NCBI RefSeq assembly: GCF_000143415.4
Contig: NW_003314326.1
Coordinates: 941,609-1,005,608 of the forward strand
DNA: 64,000 bases
Direction: 5' to 3'
DNA from: Selaginella moellendorffii
Lineage: Eukaryota; Plantae; Lycopodiophyta
Position numbers and translations under genes: made by a program. Numbering within the stretch: the stretch's first letter is position 1; every line of letters starts with the position of its first letter. The notes under the pieces are model-generated. The model saw only the letters and a program-made list of their open reading frames with translations. It searched no databases and had not been told where the DNA came from. Of the stretch, positions 10,296 to 22,329 are shown in pieces.

Positions 10296-13200
10296 ATGGC
10301 GCCGGCCGCTGGGAGCAAGAAGAAGACCAAGAGCAAGCGGTCCGGCGTTGGAATCGACTTCAAGGTAAGATTTCCCTGGAATTTCACGATGATCGGCCTG
10401 CATTTTCGTGGATTTTGTGTAGAAAGTGAAGCACAAGGTTGGTCGGAAGATCCCTGCTCCTCAGAACGCGACTAAGGTCGAGTTTAAGTCGAAGAGTGCG
10501 TTTCTTCTGTCCTCTATGCTCTTCATTTTGCTGCTAAAATCCAGAGGTTTGTGTCGACAGAGATTGTTTTGCACGAACAAAGTGTGAAGGTGGACAAGGA
10601 TGGATTGGCTGTGAACCAGCGGAACAAAACGCTGAAAGAGCTTCTCAATCAGATTGCTCATTACAATGCGAGAGTCCGGAAAGGCAAGCTTTTCTCTCTT
10701 TTTTTTCTTCGATGAGTTGGTTTTATATGTCGTGGTTTTCCTGGCAGACGCTTTGATGGGAATAAAGGATTTGTTCTCGAGGCATCCCAAGGAGCTCGAA
10801 TGCAATGCCATAACTACGATCCAGAAACTGACTTCTCGTTTTACTGATGGGGACAAAGCTGTGAGACATGCGTTATTGTTGGTGCTACGAGAAACATTTT
10901 CCAGCGTTTCGAAGGTATGAAACTGTTGAAGGTGCTGCGAGTTCTCAAAACAAAATTTTTCTTGTGCTACAGAGTGTTATGAAGCCCATTGTTTCCATAG
11001 TGATGGCTCACTTGGGGACTGCTATGACACATATGGCAAACGATATTCGTTTAGACGCGTTTGCCTTTCTCGATCTCTTGCTTCAGCACTATTCATCATT
11101 ACTAATTCCTATGTACACTAGCCAGGTATGAGAGATTTCTCTTTTGATTCTCTTAACCCCCTTGATATTTAGATATTTGACCATTATAACCATTTCCTTG
11201 GTTTCGGTGGCTCGCATAACTTCGATCCAAATGCAACGCTTACGGTTGTAGGCAGCTTAACACGCGTCTTATCCGTTGTAAGCACTTCTGGCTCGTCCGA
11301 CACAACTTGTACGATTGGAACGTGTCATAGGTGGTCGCAAAAGTACGACTTACAGACGCTGAGGCCGTTGCATGGGTACAACAGCATCGCTGCTGACATC
11401 TCAGAGAAATCTTTCGCTACAAGCTCTGTCGATTCTAGCGGTAAGATTCTTTGTCTTCATAATGCTTAAGTTGCATGTTCTAAGAGCAAACAAAACTGTT
11501 GTAGGTTCCGGCACGAAATGGATTGACATAAGCGCTTCATTAGTGGACGCCCTTCTAAAATGCTGGGCTGAACTGGCGCCAACCGTCTGCTCCAGTCCGT
11601 TGCCTGATGCCGTGAGCCTGGATTGCATGGTTTCAATAACCAGATGCCTATGTCTACTTTTTGAGTGGCTAGAACGCTCGCCGGAGAGTTGTCAGATGAA
11701 GATGGAGCTGAGACACAGGTTTCTTTTGCCATGCTCGAGTCGACTAATGGCCAGTTTTCCAATGTCAGCTCCTGCAGTTCGAACCATTGCCAAGGTTTGG
11801 GGCTGTTGGAGTATTGCTCGCATCATAACAACTTTCTTTCCAGATTGAAGAATGCTTGTGTGCACTCAATGCCGGGATATGCGAGACGATCTTGCACTTT
11901 GTTGTTGCTGGATTGCACGACTTCGATTTTACTAACGTCCTGCAGTATTACGAGGGTGCTTTGCTAGGAAAGGTTTGCGAATTTTGTTATTGTTTGTCAT
12001 TTTTTTCTGATCTTCGGTGCCATTTTGTAGCTGCTGTCGTTGTCCCTGTTCTCGTTTTCTGCGAGCCACAACAAAGCATTGGATCCCTACATAAAATCCT
12101 TGCTAGCATTTGCTCCTCTTGTGTTTGACTATGCTGACATTAACTGGAAGTTCAAAGTGTTACAAGTCGGTAACGGTGAACTTATTTGTTTCGAAGACCA
12201 ACCGTCTTGTCTTGCAGGCCATAACAAATGCTTTCGATCGCAGCACTCCAGAATCTAGTATTAAACTTGGATGCCTTACTGCAATGTCCAAAATTCTCCT
12301 TTCAGTACGTTCTTTCCCTCCCCCCTCTTTCTATTTTGTTATCGCTCTTATAAATTGATTTCACCAGGAAAGTCAGGACCGTAAAGAAACCCAAGCTCCC
12401 TCTGTTGCTGAGCAGTTCAGTAAGAAATGGCTGGTGTCATTTCCCAGGCTTCTTTGGGAGCTCAAGTGTAATCAACTTGCGTCTTCAAAGGTTTGTGTCA
12501 AGACGCCATTTAATCCCATTCGCATCGTAATGTTTCTCTTTCTTTTTTGCAGATTGTTCTAGAGATGCTACTCCGCCTTGGAAAGTTTGCAGTAGCTGGC
12601 TCTACTTTAGCAACAGATTTTGGAATGCTTCAATCGGCAATGATACCGTTTTTCTGCACTGTGTTGCCAGCCAAGGAAACGCCAGGTTCCGTTGCGTCTC
12701 CTAAATCTAGCAAAGAAACTAACTTTTCACATTCCAGACAAGTATTTGTACGGTCCGTTTATTAAGCTTCCTAGGGACTGCCAAGAGATTGCGGTCGACG
12801 TATTGTACTACTTCAGCGGCTTCCAACCTTTCTTTCTCAAAGCACTGTTAGCTTGCTGTCTGTGTAAGTGCGCATTATGGCTTACATCTTCTAACCTGGA
12901 AAACCTCGACTCGCAGCTCCGGACATGGATCTGCAAACTTTGGTCCGTTTGTTGGAAGTGGTGCGAGTGTCCTTTGTTCAAGGTCGGGTTGAAGTTGCAA
13001 ACTTTTTCAGTTTCCTTCTTACGCTGGTGGTGGAGTGCTCGCATGCACACGGTAAATATCTCCTTTTTTCTTTTCGGGCAATTTCTAACTGCTGATACTC
13101 TTTTCAGAAACTGCTGAAGAGAGAAAGAAACACTGGATAATACTGGGTGTGGTGTCCCGTAGCCTATTCCAGATTGGAGATATCGACGTAGTTATGCATT

Positions 13201-13898
13201 TGTTGGCCAAGCCAATGTCCGAACATCTGGTGCGTAATTTTTCACACCTGTTGCTGTTTCTAACAGTCAATTACAGTCGGCTCGGCCTTCCCCAATGTTG
13301 TTAGCTAGTTCACTAAAAGTTCTGGCTACTCTGAGCCACGATGTGGAACATGTGGAGGTCCCTGAGTTGCTATTGAGCGTTCTGGTGGCGCAAACCGCGA
13401 GCTTTGCGGTTTCAAGACTTCTGGTATACACCCGCGTTTTATCATGTGTATGATAATATGAATTGCAGGCTAAAGACCAAATGGTGATGGTTATTGTTCG
13501 CAATGCGGTGGACTTAGTTTTCAAGAACAAGAGGTTTGCACAATCCTTGATGAAGGAATTAGCTCTGAATCTCTCAGGTTCGTTTGTTATGTTCTTCTGT
13601 CTTACGGCTGAGTGTCTATTCTCTTCAGGTGGCAAAGATCAAGTTTATGCTGTGGGAGTTTTGACGAACGAAATATGCAAGCAAAAAGCGATCCAGAAGC
13701 ACCTCAAGTTTTCAGATGTTAGTGAGATATTTCGAGCAGTAAAGGTACGACTAGTATGAACTTTATGTTTCACATACACGTTGTTTTGTGTCGCAGACAA
13801 TTTTGAAGGAGGCACGCATGGACCAAGCTAAGTCCAAGCAGCTTTTCCACTTAGAGATCAGCATCCGAGATGCGTTTGGATCGCAAGTCCTAGTTTAA
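10296..13898 (+). CDS. TEX10: TEX10/Ipi1-like pre-rRNA processing ARM protein, many short exons (GC-AG intron at 10684-10747)
   Basis: IDFK-KVKHKVGRKIPAPQNAT, IVLHEQSV, TLKELLNQIAHYNARVRK-DALMGIKDL, AMTHMANDIRLDAFAFLDLLL. Confidence 0.85.
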
Positions 13899-14803
13899 GC
13901 TGTGGCAAAGAGCTCGGGTATTCCGTGGCTTTTGGGAATCCTGTGCTTGAGCTTTAATATTATCTGCCGCATCCTGGAAAGGTCAGTCGATTTTCGGGGC
14001 TTGGCGATGGCGGCATCAGTTTTTTTCTTCTCCACAGCCGGCTTGGTGGAGATTAGTTCTGAGACGGCACCCCAGTAATTTAGTGGTGCCCTCGCATGGA
14101 GCTCTTCTCGGGACTCCAACGATACCTGCATGAGGAAGAGAGGTCAGTTTAAAACATAAAATCTATCTTCTTGACGACCTTTTCCTTCTCACGATTTGCT
14201 TTTTTGCTAGCTTCGACTTCTGCGTTCCGTTTTGCAAAGAGCTCTCGTTTGTGCTCCTCGGCAGCGCAAAGAGTTTTTGCAAGCCTGTCCCTCTCGTCAT
14301 TCTCCTTCGCTTCTAAAGCTTGCGCGTTTTTCCTGGCAAGAAACCGTAAGTGATTTTCTAAAAAGCTTCCTAGCGACTTACCTCTTCCATTCCAGGAATT
14401 TAAGATGCGATGGATCGAAGGTAGCTGTGGCGTTGCTGGTGCTGAAGATGTCCCGAGGATCATCAACGTCCTTTTTCTTTGTCTCGAGAAGATCGTGAAG
14501 CTCCTGAACGCCACTGATGGTGAAGGTCTTTTCGTTCAAGCCGCCGTCATCCTCGGCATCCCAGCGAGGATCAAGATCAAACGCCTCGGTGAAAGAAGCC
14601 GTCCGAATTGCCTCTACTTCTTCACTCACCTGGATCTTCTCCTCGTGCCTGTGCAACACGCTGATTGAAGGCGCTGCTCGCGACTGCTTCTCAAGGACAG
14701 CGTACGTATCTTCCATGCATACGCTCGCCACGGTTGTGACAGTGATGCTCTCAAAGCTGTGACAGGCAGACGGCGGTGCTCGTGGATCGAACTCGCCATC
14801 CAT
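13895..14803 (-). CDS. Clathrin light chain-like, copy 1; 3 exons
   Basis: EWKR-KNAQALEAKE...KKANREKEK-...YWGAVSELI...STDLSRMRQIILKLKH matches the plant CLC C-terminus. Confidence 0.85.
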
Positions 14804-14934
14804 CGTAGCGTTTTCTACTCACTCAAACAGCTCCTCCTCCCGCGGCCAAAAAGAAAACTGAATGTCTTTCTTGGCATGTTGGGCGAGGGAGAAGCTGATT
14901 AACGATATTAAATGGAAAGATAAACAACAATGAC

Positions 14935-16578
14935 TTAGTCCGTGGCATGTTCTTTGTTATGAAACCATTCTCCCTTGTCAGATGACAGTATAGCCTCGTA
15001 AATACGAGTATCCTTCTCGAGCATGCCCAGGTCCTCTTTAGTCAAGTTGGAGATCACCTTCTGGAAAGTGGATTCATCCATGAACCATATCCAAGCTGCC
15101 ACCAGCCCAACTACAAAGTCGATGAGCTTTGACTCGGCACCAATAACCTCAGGGACAATCCCGGACAGGTCGATAGTGCTCTGCTTGTTCTTGAGTTTGC
15201 TGAAGTCCACCCTACTCAAAAACTTGTTCATGATATCTGACCTCGGAACGTTCATACTGAAGACTGTTCTAATAGGACCAGCAACTGATTCATATCCAGC
15301 GACAGCTTCAAGCTCGCCTCCATCTAATGACACCTGTCGCCTCTCAATGAAAATCCTGTGAAAGATATCTGCAGGATCAAAAGCATAGCTCCGGTAAACT
15401 CTCGGATTCCTCCACCACTCTAAGAATGTCCAGGCGGCTTTGGCTTTGATCATGTCGTCGCTTCCGTGAATAATGGATCTGATTAGATACTCGGATGCTT
15501 GCTTGGAAACTGCTTCACGAGGAAGGAAGCCCACTGGTGCTACTCTGACAATGTGGTCCAGGAATTTGATTACGTCACCGTCCACAACCGCCAAAGGAAT
15601 TATTCCAAATTCTCGCACAGCTAATACGAAGTTGTGTAACTGACCTGGTGTTAATACAACCTTTGCTAGAATCTTGTTTGCAGTATGCCTTGCTCCTTCA
15701 TGATATGATGTTTCGAGAACAATGAGCTGAATCATGCATTTGATACTTGCGAAGGTTCTAGCTTCATCAGGTATGTTCCAGCAAAGGAGCTCCAGTAAAG
15801 TCCCGTGATCGGAGCTGCATTCTTGGTCTTCATCCAAAAACCAATTGATGATGTAAGTGAAAAGATTTACACCTAATGCTTTACTGAATCCCTCTCTCAT
15901 AAACGCCTCATGTACACGTGGGCCAACATGGACGGCAAGTATATGCGCTTCAGGGTCCTCCTCAATATTTATCAGCCACAACACGAGGGAGTCCCAACCC
16001 AGTAGTTTGACCGCCAAGAAAACTGATGACTCCACCAAAGTCAGAATGTAGAACAGCCTCATCCCATACACAAAGTTGGCCACCTGACCTGCATCCGACG
16101 ACGAGATGCGTTTGTAGTCTCCTGACTCGAGCCGAGCAAGGGAGAAACCAAATGTTACAGCTGCACTACACACTTGGAGCCCATGGAATATCAGATGTAT
16201 GGACAGGTCCTTTATCATTTTTGTCACCTCCATCCCATAGCGAATGCGACAACCTAGGAAAACGCAGTACAATGGAGAGGTAAGTATCCCTCCCCAGGTA
16301 CTTTCCTGGAACCTAGCGGCTACTACGTAATCAACATTCTTGCTGACTAGGAACACTCGCACACCTTCTGAAAGCAGCAGACCAGAAATGAGCTTGAAAT
16401 CGTAGGGCTTGAGCTGAGAGACATAACCCCCCAGCAAGACCACTGTGGCACCCACGAACGCTATTTGCCCTATGTATGTTGCACCCTGCTCCAAGGCTGC
16501 CAATACGAGAGCCACATATTTCACTTGCACTGACAGACTCACCAATCTCTGAGCTCTCGCTCTCAACTCAACGTCCAT
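14935..16578 (-). CDS. BLE2-like multi-TM/ARM-repeat family protein, copy 1 (intronless)
   Basis: LEQGATYIGQIAFVGATVVLLGGY...DFKLISGLLLSEGVRVF resembles the N-terminus of the BLE2/At5g18980-type family; first ATG at 16578. Confidence 0.7.
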   Translation of the reverse strand: MDVELRARAQRLVSLSVQVKYVALVLAALEQGATYIGQIAFVGATVVLLGGYVSQLKPYDFKLISGLLLSEGVRVFLVSKNVDYVVAARFQESTWGGILTSPLYCVFLGCRIRYGMEVTKMIKDLSIHLIFHGLQVCSAAVTFGFSLARLESGDYKRISSSDAGQVANFVYGMRLFYILTLVESSVFLAVKLLGWDSLVLWLINIEEDPEAHILAVHVGPRVHEAFMREGFSKALGVNLFTYIINWFLDEDQECSSDHGTLLELLCWNIPDEARTFASIKCMIQLIVLETSYHEGARHTANKILAKVVLTPGQLHNFVLAVREFGIIPLAVVDGDVIKFLDHIVRVAPVGFLPREAVSKQASEYLIRSIIHGSDDMIKAKAAWTFLEWWRNPRVYRSYAFDPADIFHRIFIERRQVSLDGGELEAVAGYESVAGPIRTVFSMNVPRSDIMNKFLSRVDFSKLKNKQSTIDLSGIVPEVIGAESKLIDFVVGLVAAWIWFMDESTFQKVISNLTKEDLGMLEKDTRIYEAILSSDKGEWFHNKEHATD

Positions 16579-17152
16579 TTTTATTTTGGCCACTCTACAG
16601 CTATGTCACAGCTCACAGCGATGTACACCAACGCAATTACAAGCAGGGAGTTGGGAAGGTGTCGTAAACTAATATAGCACATGAAAGCACCATTCCCTTG
16701 AGTATGAGACAATGCAAGCAAAGCATAATGTAACAGGACAGTGCGGCTTGGAGTTTTGAGGGGAAAAAAAACACAAAACGTTTCCTGGGCATCTTATTTT
16801 ACAAGGTTGCTGCTCAGCATTAGATACTTCACTAGTTTGAAATCTAGGCAAAGGAGATTCAAGGCTCAAAAGACTAGTTTGAAATGCAGGCAAAGCAGAT
16901 TCAAGACTCACATCATCAACTATGTGTAATGAAAACATCAATTATGTTGACTAATACCATATAGATCTCAACATAGTCTTCGCAAAGACTGTTAGCTGGA
17001 AGGACGTGTAAGCTTTACAAGCCTTTATCGCATACCATCTTCTCTGGTTCAGCGCTTACGTTCCAGAGGAGTTCGAAACCCTTGAGAAGCTCTTCGAGTT
17101 CTCAAATATTTGGAGCAGTAAAAGTGTGAGCCAACGAAATGTCACAAGCGTA

Positions 17153-18263
17153 TCACTCTCCATTGAGAATGATTTTGTAAATCACAGCGCTGTAAATGCC
17201 ATCACCTGGGCTGGTTCTCGACTCTTCCACCTCGCGCAACTCCAGGTTGTGCTCAGATGCCTCGTTAAAGAATGCTCGATCAGTGCTGAAAAAAAGAAAC
17301 AAAAGATTCAAGAAAACACAAAAAGAGAAGCGAAGTGACCTTTGTATGCGAGAGATGTAAGCAAGAAAAAACTTGCGGCAGTGGTGATGTTGCAAAAGCT
17401 TGTTGACAGTCCTGAGTAGCGGAGGAATGTTGCATTGCTGGTAGCGTGATAGGATCTGTTCAAGGAGAAACTTGGAGTCAAAAAGCTTCCATCAAAAGGA
17501 TATAAATGTCGGCTCCAAGGATGTAGTCAAATCCCTCCGGATGCTTGTCAAGGATGAGAGAGAGCTGTTCTTCATTCCCCCACTCAAGCTTTTCACAGGC
17601 AATCCCTGCAATGAGGAAAAGAAAAAAAAACAAACGAGATCTCTCATATATCAGTGAGAAAGAACCCACGTGATAGCAACGCCGTGTCCTGCTGAAGCGC
17701 CACGTTTTTCCTCATGATCTAGCAGCGATCCCCAAACTTGTTTTAAGAAACCATGCATGAAAATTCCTGCCTTTAAAACGGTGTCATTGTGATCAGTCAT
17801 GACGACTTGGCGGCAGCCAATCCTTCCACACAAAAGGCCAGTCACTCCTACAAACCATGAAAAAAAACAAGTGTTAGAAAAAAAAAAGAGAGAGAAAGAA
17901 GAGAAAACCATGCGAAGAACTTCATACCAACACCAGAGCCCAGCTCAATGATCGAAGCTCCTTGAAAAATTTGGCTATGATCCACAATGTAATTGAGGAG
18001 AAGCTCGGTGCCAGGCCAGATTATCTGGCCAGTGAGGTCGTAATCCGCTGCGAGCTATCGCATTGAAAGAGAGGAACCGAGAGAGAAAGAACACACTCAC
18101 TGGAAGAGCATTGTAGGCTGAGCACAGGAATCTCGTGATGGCCGATGGAAATGCGCTGCTCAACGTAGCTAGCAGTGGATGATAGAATCGATTAAATCCT
18201 AGTAGCTTACTTCTCGTCCAGGAACAGCGATCCAATACCTCCTCCATAGTCGTCCTCGTCCAT
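17153..18263 (-). CDS. Family-16 (METTL21-like) protein lysine methyltransferase, copy 1
   Basis: DYDLTGQIIWPG, IIELGSGVG, VVMTDHN, KLEWGN, FDYILGADIC; includes a GC-AG intron (17719-17770) and an AT-AC intron. Confidence 0.87.
17446..17503 (-). other. U12-type AT-AC intron, 58 nt (paralogues at 23252-23309, 40112-40169, 47573-47630)
   Basis: 5' ATATCCTT, branch-like TCCTTGAAC, 3' CAC; removal restores GADICYQQCNIPPLL. Confidence 0.85.
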
Positions 18264-18321
18264 CGCATGAGCCCTAAGAGAATAAGAATCTTAGTAAAGC
18301 CCTAGGGGCTAGGGTTTATGA

Positions 18322-20313
18322 ATGGCGGCAAGATTTGGATGCTCGCGCATTGCCCGGCTATCGCGCATTGCCCAGGTACCCAGCCGCGCCAGATCGATCG
18401 CCACGCTGCAGGTAGCTCAGGAATCTACCGAGGATGAGGGGGACGATCTTGCCGCTTGCTCCAATGCGGGCGTCTGGAGCTACAGGGATTTCGCGCAGAT
18501 GCTCCACTCTTCCTCCTCTTCCAGTCATTCGATCGAGGCGGCGGTGGGCAGGCTACGCCGGGAAATCTCCACTGACGCCGTGGTGAAGATCTTCCAGTGC
18601 CTCAAGGACGCCGATCTCGCCTGGGAGCTCTTCCAGTGCCTCTCCTCCCCTCGATTCGGCTTCCAGCACAGCGTCCACACGGGGAACGCGCTCCTGGATG
18701 TGTTTGCCAGAACCAAGCGCCACAGGGAGGCCGGGAATCTCCTCAAGAACGAGCTCGCGACGACATTTCTGCCGGATGTGGAGACCTGGAACGTCCTCAT
18801 CACCGGCTACTGCCTGGCTCGCGAGCCCGAGGAGGCATTCGCGGTTATTAGGGAGATGGAGGAGGATTACGGCGTGGCGCCGTCGCTCAAGACCCACAAT
18901 CTCGTCCTCCACGGCCTGTGCAAGTCGGGCAAGGTCCTCGCGGCGATGGATCACTTCGAGACGGTGAGGAGATCCATGCCGGTGAGTGCTGCGACGTTCT
19001 CGATCCTCATCAATGGCCTCGTCAAGGCAGGTATGATGATCCAGGCTCACTCCCTCGCCCAGGAGACCACGACCAATGGCTGCACGATCGACATCCACAC
19101 GTACACCGCCATTGTGGATTGGCTCGCCAAGAACAAGAAGATCCAAGATGCCGTGGCTCTGATGGAGAAGATCACTGCCAATGGGTGTACTCCCACCATC
19201 GCCACCTACAACGCTCTCCTCAATGGTCTTTGCAAGATGGGACGGCTCGAAGAAGCCATCGATCTCCTTCGCAAGATCGTCGACAATGGCTGCACACCGG
19301 ACGTGGTCACTTACACCTCGCTCATTGATGGCCTCGGCAAGGAGAAGCGATCCTTCGAAGCTTACAAGCTTTTCAAGGAGATGGCTTTGCGGGGACTGGT
19401 TCTTGACACCGTCTGCTACACTGCTCTCATCCGGGGACTCCTCCAGGCCGGGAAAATCCCGCAAGCTTCCTCGGTCTACAAGACAATGACGTCCCAAGGC
19501 TGCGTTCCAGACGTGGTAACACTCAGCACCATGATCGACGGCCTCTGCAAGGCTGGGAGGATTGGAGCGGCAGTCCGGATCTTCAAGTCGATGGAAGCTC
19601 GAGGCCTGGCTCCAAACGAGGTGGTGTACAGCGCTCTCATCCACGGCCTGTGCAAGGCCAGGAAGATGGACTGTGCGCTGGAGATGCTGGCCCAGATGAA
19701 GAAGGCGTTTTGTACCCCGGACACCATCACTTACAACATCCTCATCGACGGGCTTTGCAAGAGTGGCGACGTTGAGGCAGCACGGGCCTTCTTCGACGAA
19801 ATGCTCGAGGCCGGATGCAAGCCCGACGTTTACACGTACAACATTCTCGTATCGGGGTTCTGCAAGGCCGGGAACACCGACGCTGCCTGTGGAGTCTTCG
19901 ACGACATGAGCTCTAGCCACTGCTCGCCAAACGTTGTCACCTACGGGACTCTCATCTCCGGCCTCTGCAAGCGCCGCCAGCTGACCAAGGCCTCTTTATA
20001 CTTCCAGCACATGAAGGAGAGAGGCTGCCCTCCGGACAGCTTCGTCTACAGCAGCTTGGTGGACGGGCTCTGCAAGTCGGGGAAGCTCGAAGGTGGCTGC
20101 ATGCTCTTTGACGAGATGGAGAGGAGCGGTGTTGCAAACAGCCAGACGCGGACCAGGCTGATCTTCCATCTCTGCAAAGCGAACCGGGTCGACGAGGCCG
20201 TGTCGCTTTTCAACGCCATCAGGAAGGAAGGAATGCCGCACCCTTACGCCTACAACTCGATAATCAGCACGCTCATCAAGTCGGCAAAGGTGAACCCGTG
20301 TACCAGGAGATGA
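18322..20313 (+). CDS. P-class PPR protein, copy 1, with C-terminal frameshift
   Basis: Tandem 35-aa motifs (PDVVTYTSLIDGLGK, etc.); 10-nt deletion near 20295 relative to copy 5. Confidence 0.9.
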   Translation: MAARFGCSRIARLSRIAQVPSRARSIATLQVAQESTEDEGDDLAACSNAGVWSYRDFAQMLHSSSSSSHSIEAAVGRLRREISTDAVVKIFQCLKDADLAWELFQCLSSPRFGFQHSVHTGNALLDVFARTKRHREAGNLLKNELATTFLPDVETWNVLITGYCLAREPEEAFAVIREMEEDYGVAPSLKTHNLVLHGLCKSGKVLAAMDHFETVRRSMPVSAATFSILINGLVKAGMMIQAHSLAQETTTNGCTIDIHTYTAIVDWLAKNKKIQDAVALMEKITANGCTPTIATYNALLNGLCKMGRLEEAIDLLRKIVDNGCTPDVVTYTSLIDGLGKEKRSFEAYKLFKEMALRGLVLDTVCYTALIRGLLQAGKIPQASSVYKTMTSQGCVPDVVTLSTMIDGLCKAGRIGAAVRIFKSMEARGLAPNEVVYSALIHGLCKARKMDCALEMLAQMKKAFCTPDTITYNILIDGLCKSGDVEAARAFFDEMLEAGCKPDVYTYNILVSGFCKAGNTDAACGVFDDMSSSHCSPNVVTYGTLISGLCKRRQLTKASLYFQHMKERGCPPDSFVYSSLVDGLCKSGKLEGGCMLFDEMERSGVANSQTRTRLIFHLCKANRVDEAVSLFNAIRKEGMPHPYAYNSIISTLIKSAKVNPCTRR

Positions 20314-20592
20314 CTCGCTGGTGGAGGCCCGATCGCGTCACCTACAACGCACTGCTCAATGGGATGATCACAGCAAACAGGATCGACAGAGCTCATTTTT
20401 ATTACCTGGAGATGACCGGCAGAGGCTACGTTCCTCCCATGTCCATACTGACGACTGACTGAAGGAGCAAGCTTGATACTCAGTGTTGTTGGCTGTGACG
20501 TCGATCTCCAGATGTGGTACCAATGCCTGTGTACAGTACATATTGTATTTGTGAATTACAAGAACTTCGTGTTAGAAAATGGTGGTTACTGG

Positions 20593-22329
20593 CTAGAGAC
20601 CAGCTATATAAACTCCCTTACCTTCTAAAGATAGTGTGTGTCTGTTGTGAAACCATTCTCCCTTCTCAGATAACAGTATAGCCTCGTAAATACGAGGACT
20701 CCTCTTGAGCATGCCCAGCTCCGCTTCACTCAAGTTGGACATTGCCTTGTGGAAAGTGGATTCATCCATGAACCATATCCAAGCAGCCACCAGCCCAACT
20801 ACAATATCGTCTAGCTCTGACTTGGCACCAATAACCTCAGTGACAATGCCAGACAGGTTGATAGTGCTTCGCTTGTTCTTGAGTTTACTGAAGTCCACCC
20901 TACTCAAAAACTTGTTCATGATACCTGACCTCTGATGTTTCTTACTCAAGACTGTTATAAACGGACCAGTAACTGATTCATATCCCGAACCTGTTTCGAG
21001 CTCGGAATGGCTTACTTGTCTTTTAGATATTGACCACTGCCTATGAATGAAAATCCTGTGAAAGATATCTGCAGGATCAAAAGCATAGCTCCGGTAAACA
21101 CTCGGATTCCTCCACCACTTTAACAATGTCCAGGCCGCTTGGGCTTTGATCTCGTCATCGCTTCCGTCAATAATGGATCTGATTAGATACTCGGATGCTT
21201 GCTTGGAAACTGCTTCACGAGGAAGGAAGCCCACTGGTGCTTTTGTGACAATGTGGTCCAGGAATTTGATTACGTCACCGTCCACAACCGCCAAAGGAAT
21301 TATTCCAAATTCTCGCACAGCTAATACGAAGTTGTGTAACTGACCTGGTGTTAATACAACCTTTGCTAGAATCTTGTTTGCAGTATGCCTTGGTCCTTCA
21401 TGATATGGTGATCCGAGAACAATGAGCTGAATCATGCATTTGATACTTCCAAAGGTTCTAGCTTCATCAGGTATGTTCCAGCAAAGGAGCTCCAGTAACT
21501 CCTCGTGATCGGAGCTGCGTTCTTGGTGTTCTTCATCCAAAAACCAATTGATGACGTAAGTGAAAAGATTTACACCTAATGCTTTACTGAATCCCTCTCT
21601 CATAAACGCCTCATGTACACGTGGGGCAACAACATGCATTGTAAGTTCACCTTCCCCCGCAATACATATCAGCCACAACACGAAGGAGTCCCAACCCAGT
21701 AGTTTGACCGCCAAGAAAACTGATGACTCCACCAAAGTCAGAATGTAGAACAGCCTGATCCCATACACAAAGTTGGCCACCTGCCCTGCATCAGACGATG
21801 AGATGGGTTTGTAGTCTCCTGACTTGAGCCGAGCAACGGAGAAACCAAGTGTTACAGCTGCACTACCCACTTGGAGCCCATGGAATATCAGATGTATGGA
21901 CGCCTGTTTTATAAATATTGGCGGCAGCCTCCTCCGATAGCAAATGTTATAACCTAGGGAAGCGCAGTACAATGACGAGGTGAATATCCCTCCTAAGATA
22001 CTTTTGTGGTACCCAGCGGCTACTAAGTAATCAACATTCTTGCTGCCTAGGAACACTCGCACACCCTCTGAAAGCAGCAGACCAGAAATGAGCCTGAAAT
22101 CGTAAGACTTCAGCTGAGAGACATAACCCCCCAGCAGGATCACTGTGGCACCCACGAACGCTATTTGCCCTATGTATGTTGCACCCTGCTCCAAGGCTGC
22201 CAATACTAGAGCCACATATTTCACGTGCACTGACAGACTCACCAATCTCTGTGCTCTCCTCGTAAGCTTTTGATGTTCTTCCGTGATCCCATCTGAGCCC
22301 CCAACTGGTATTGCTGTATCATTCTCCAT
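20593..22329 (-). CDS. BLE2-like TM/ARM protein, copy 2 (578 aa)
   Basis: Intact ORF paralogous to copy 1. Confidence 0.75.
   Translation of the reverse strand: MENDTAIPVGGSDGITEEHQKLTRRAQRLVSLSVHVKYVALVLAALEQGATYIGQIAFVGATVILLGGYVSQLKSYDFRLISGLLLSEGVRVFLGSKNVDYLVAAGYHKSILGGIFTSSLYCASLGYNICYRRRLPPIFIKQASIHLIFHGLQVGSAAVTLGFSVARLKSGDYKPISSSDAGQVANFVYGIRLFYILTLVESSVFLAVKLLGWDSFVLWLICIAGEGELTMHVVAPRVHEAFMREGFSKALGVNLFTYVINWFLDEEHQERSSDHEELLELLCWNIPDEARTFGSIKCMIQLIVLGSPYHEGPRHTANKILAKVVLTPGQLHNFVLAVREFGIIPLAVVDGDVIKFLDHIVTKAPVGFLPREAVSKQASEYLIRSIIDGSDDEIKAQAAWTLLKWWRNPSVYRSYAFDPADIFHRIFIHRQWSISKRQVSHSELETGSGYESVTGPFITVLSKKHQRSGIMNKFLSRVDFSKLKNKRSTINLSGIVTEVIGAKSELDDIVVGLVAAWIWFMDESTFHKAMSNLSEAELGMLKRSPRIYEAILLSEKGEWFHNRHTLSLEGKGVYIAGL

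Noticed and set aside
18553-19920. Long antisense ORFs opposite the PPR genes (also 41248-42315 and 48700-49791)
   Set aside because: Expected shadow of GC3-rich repetitive codons; no recognisable domain.
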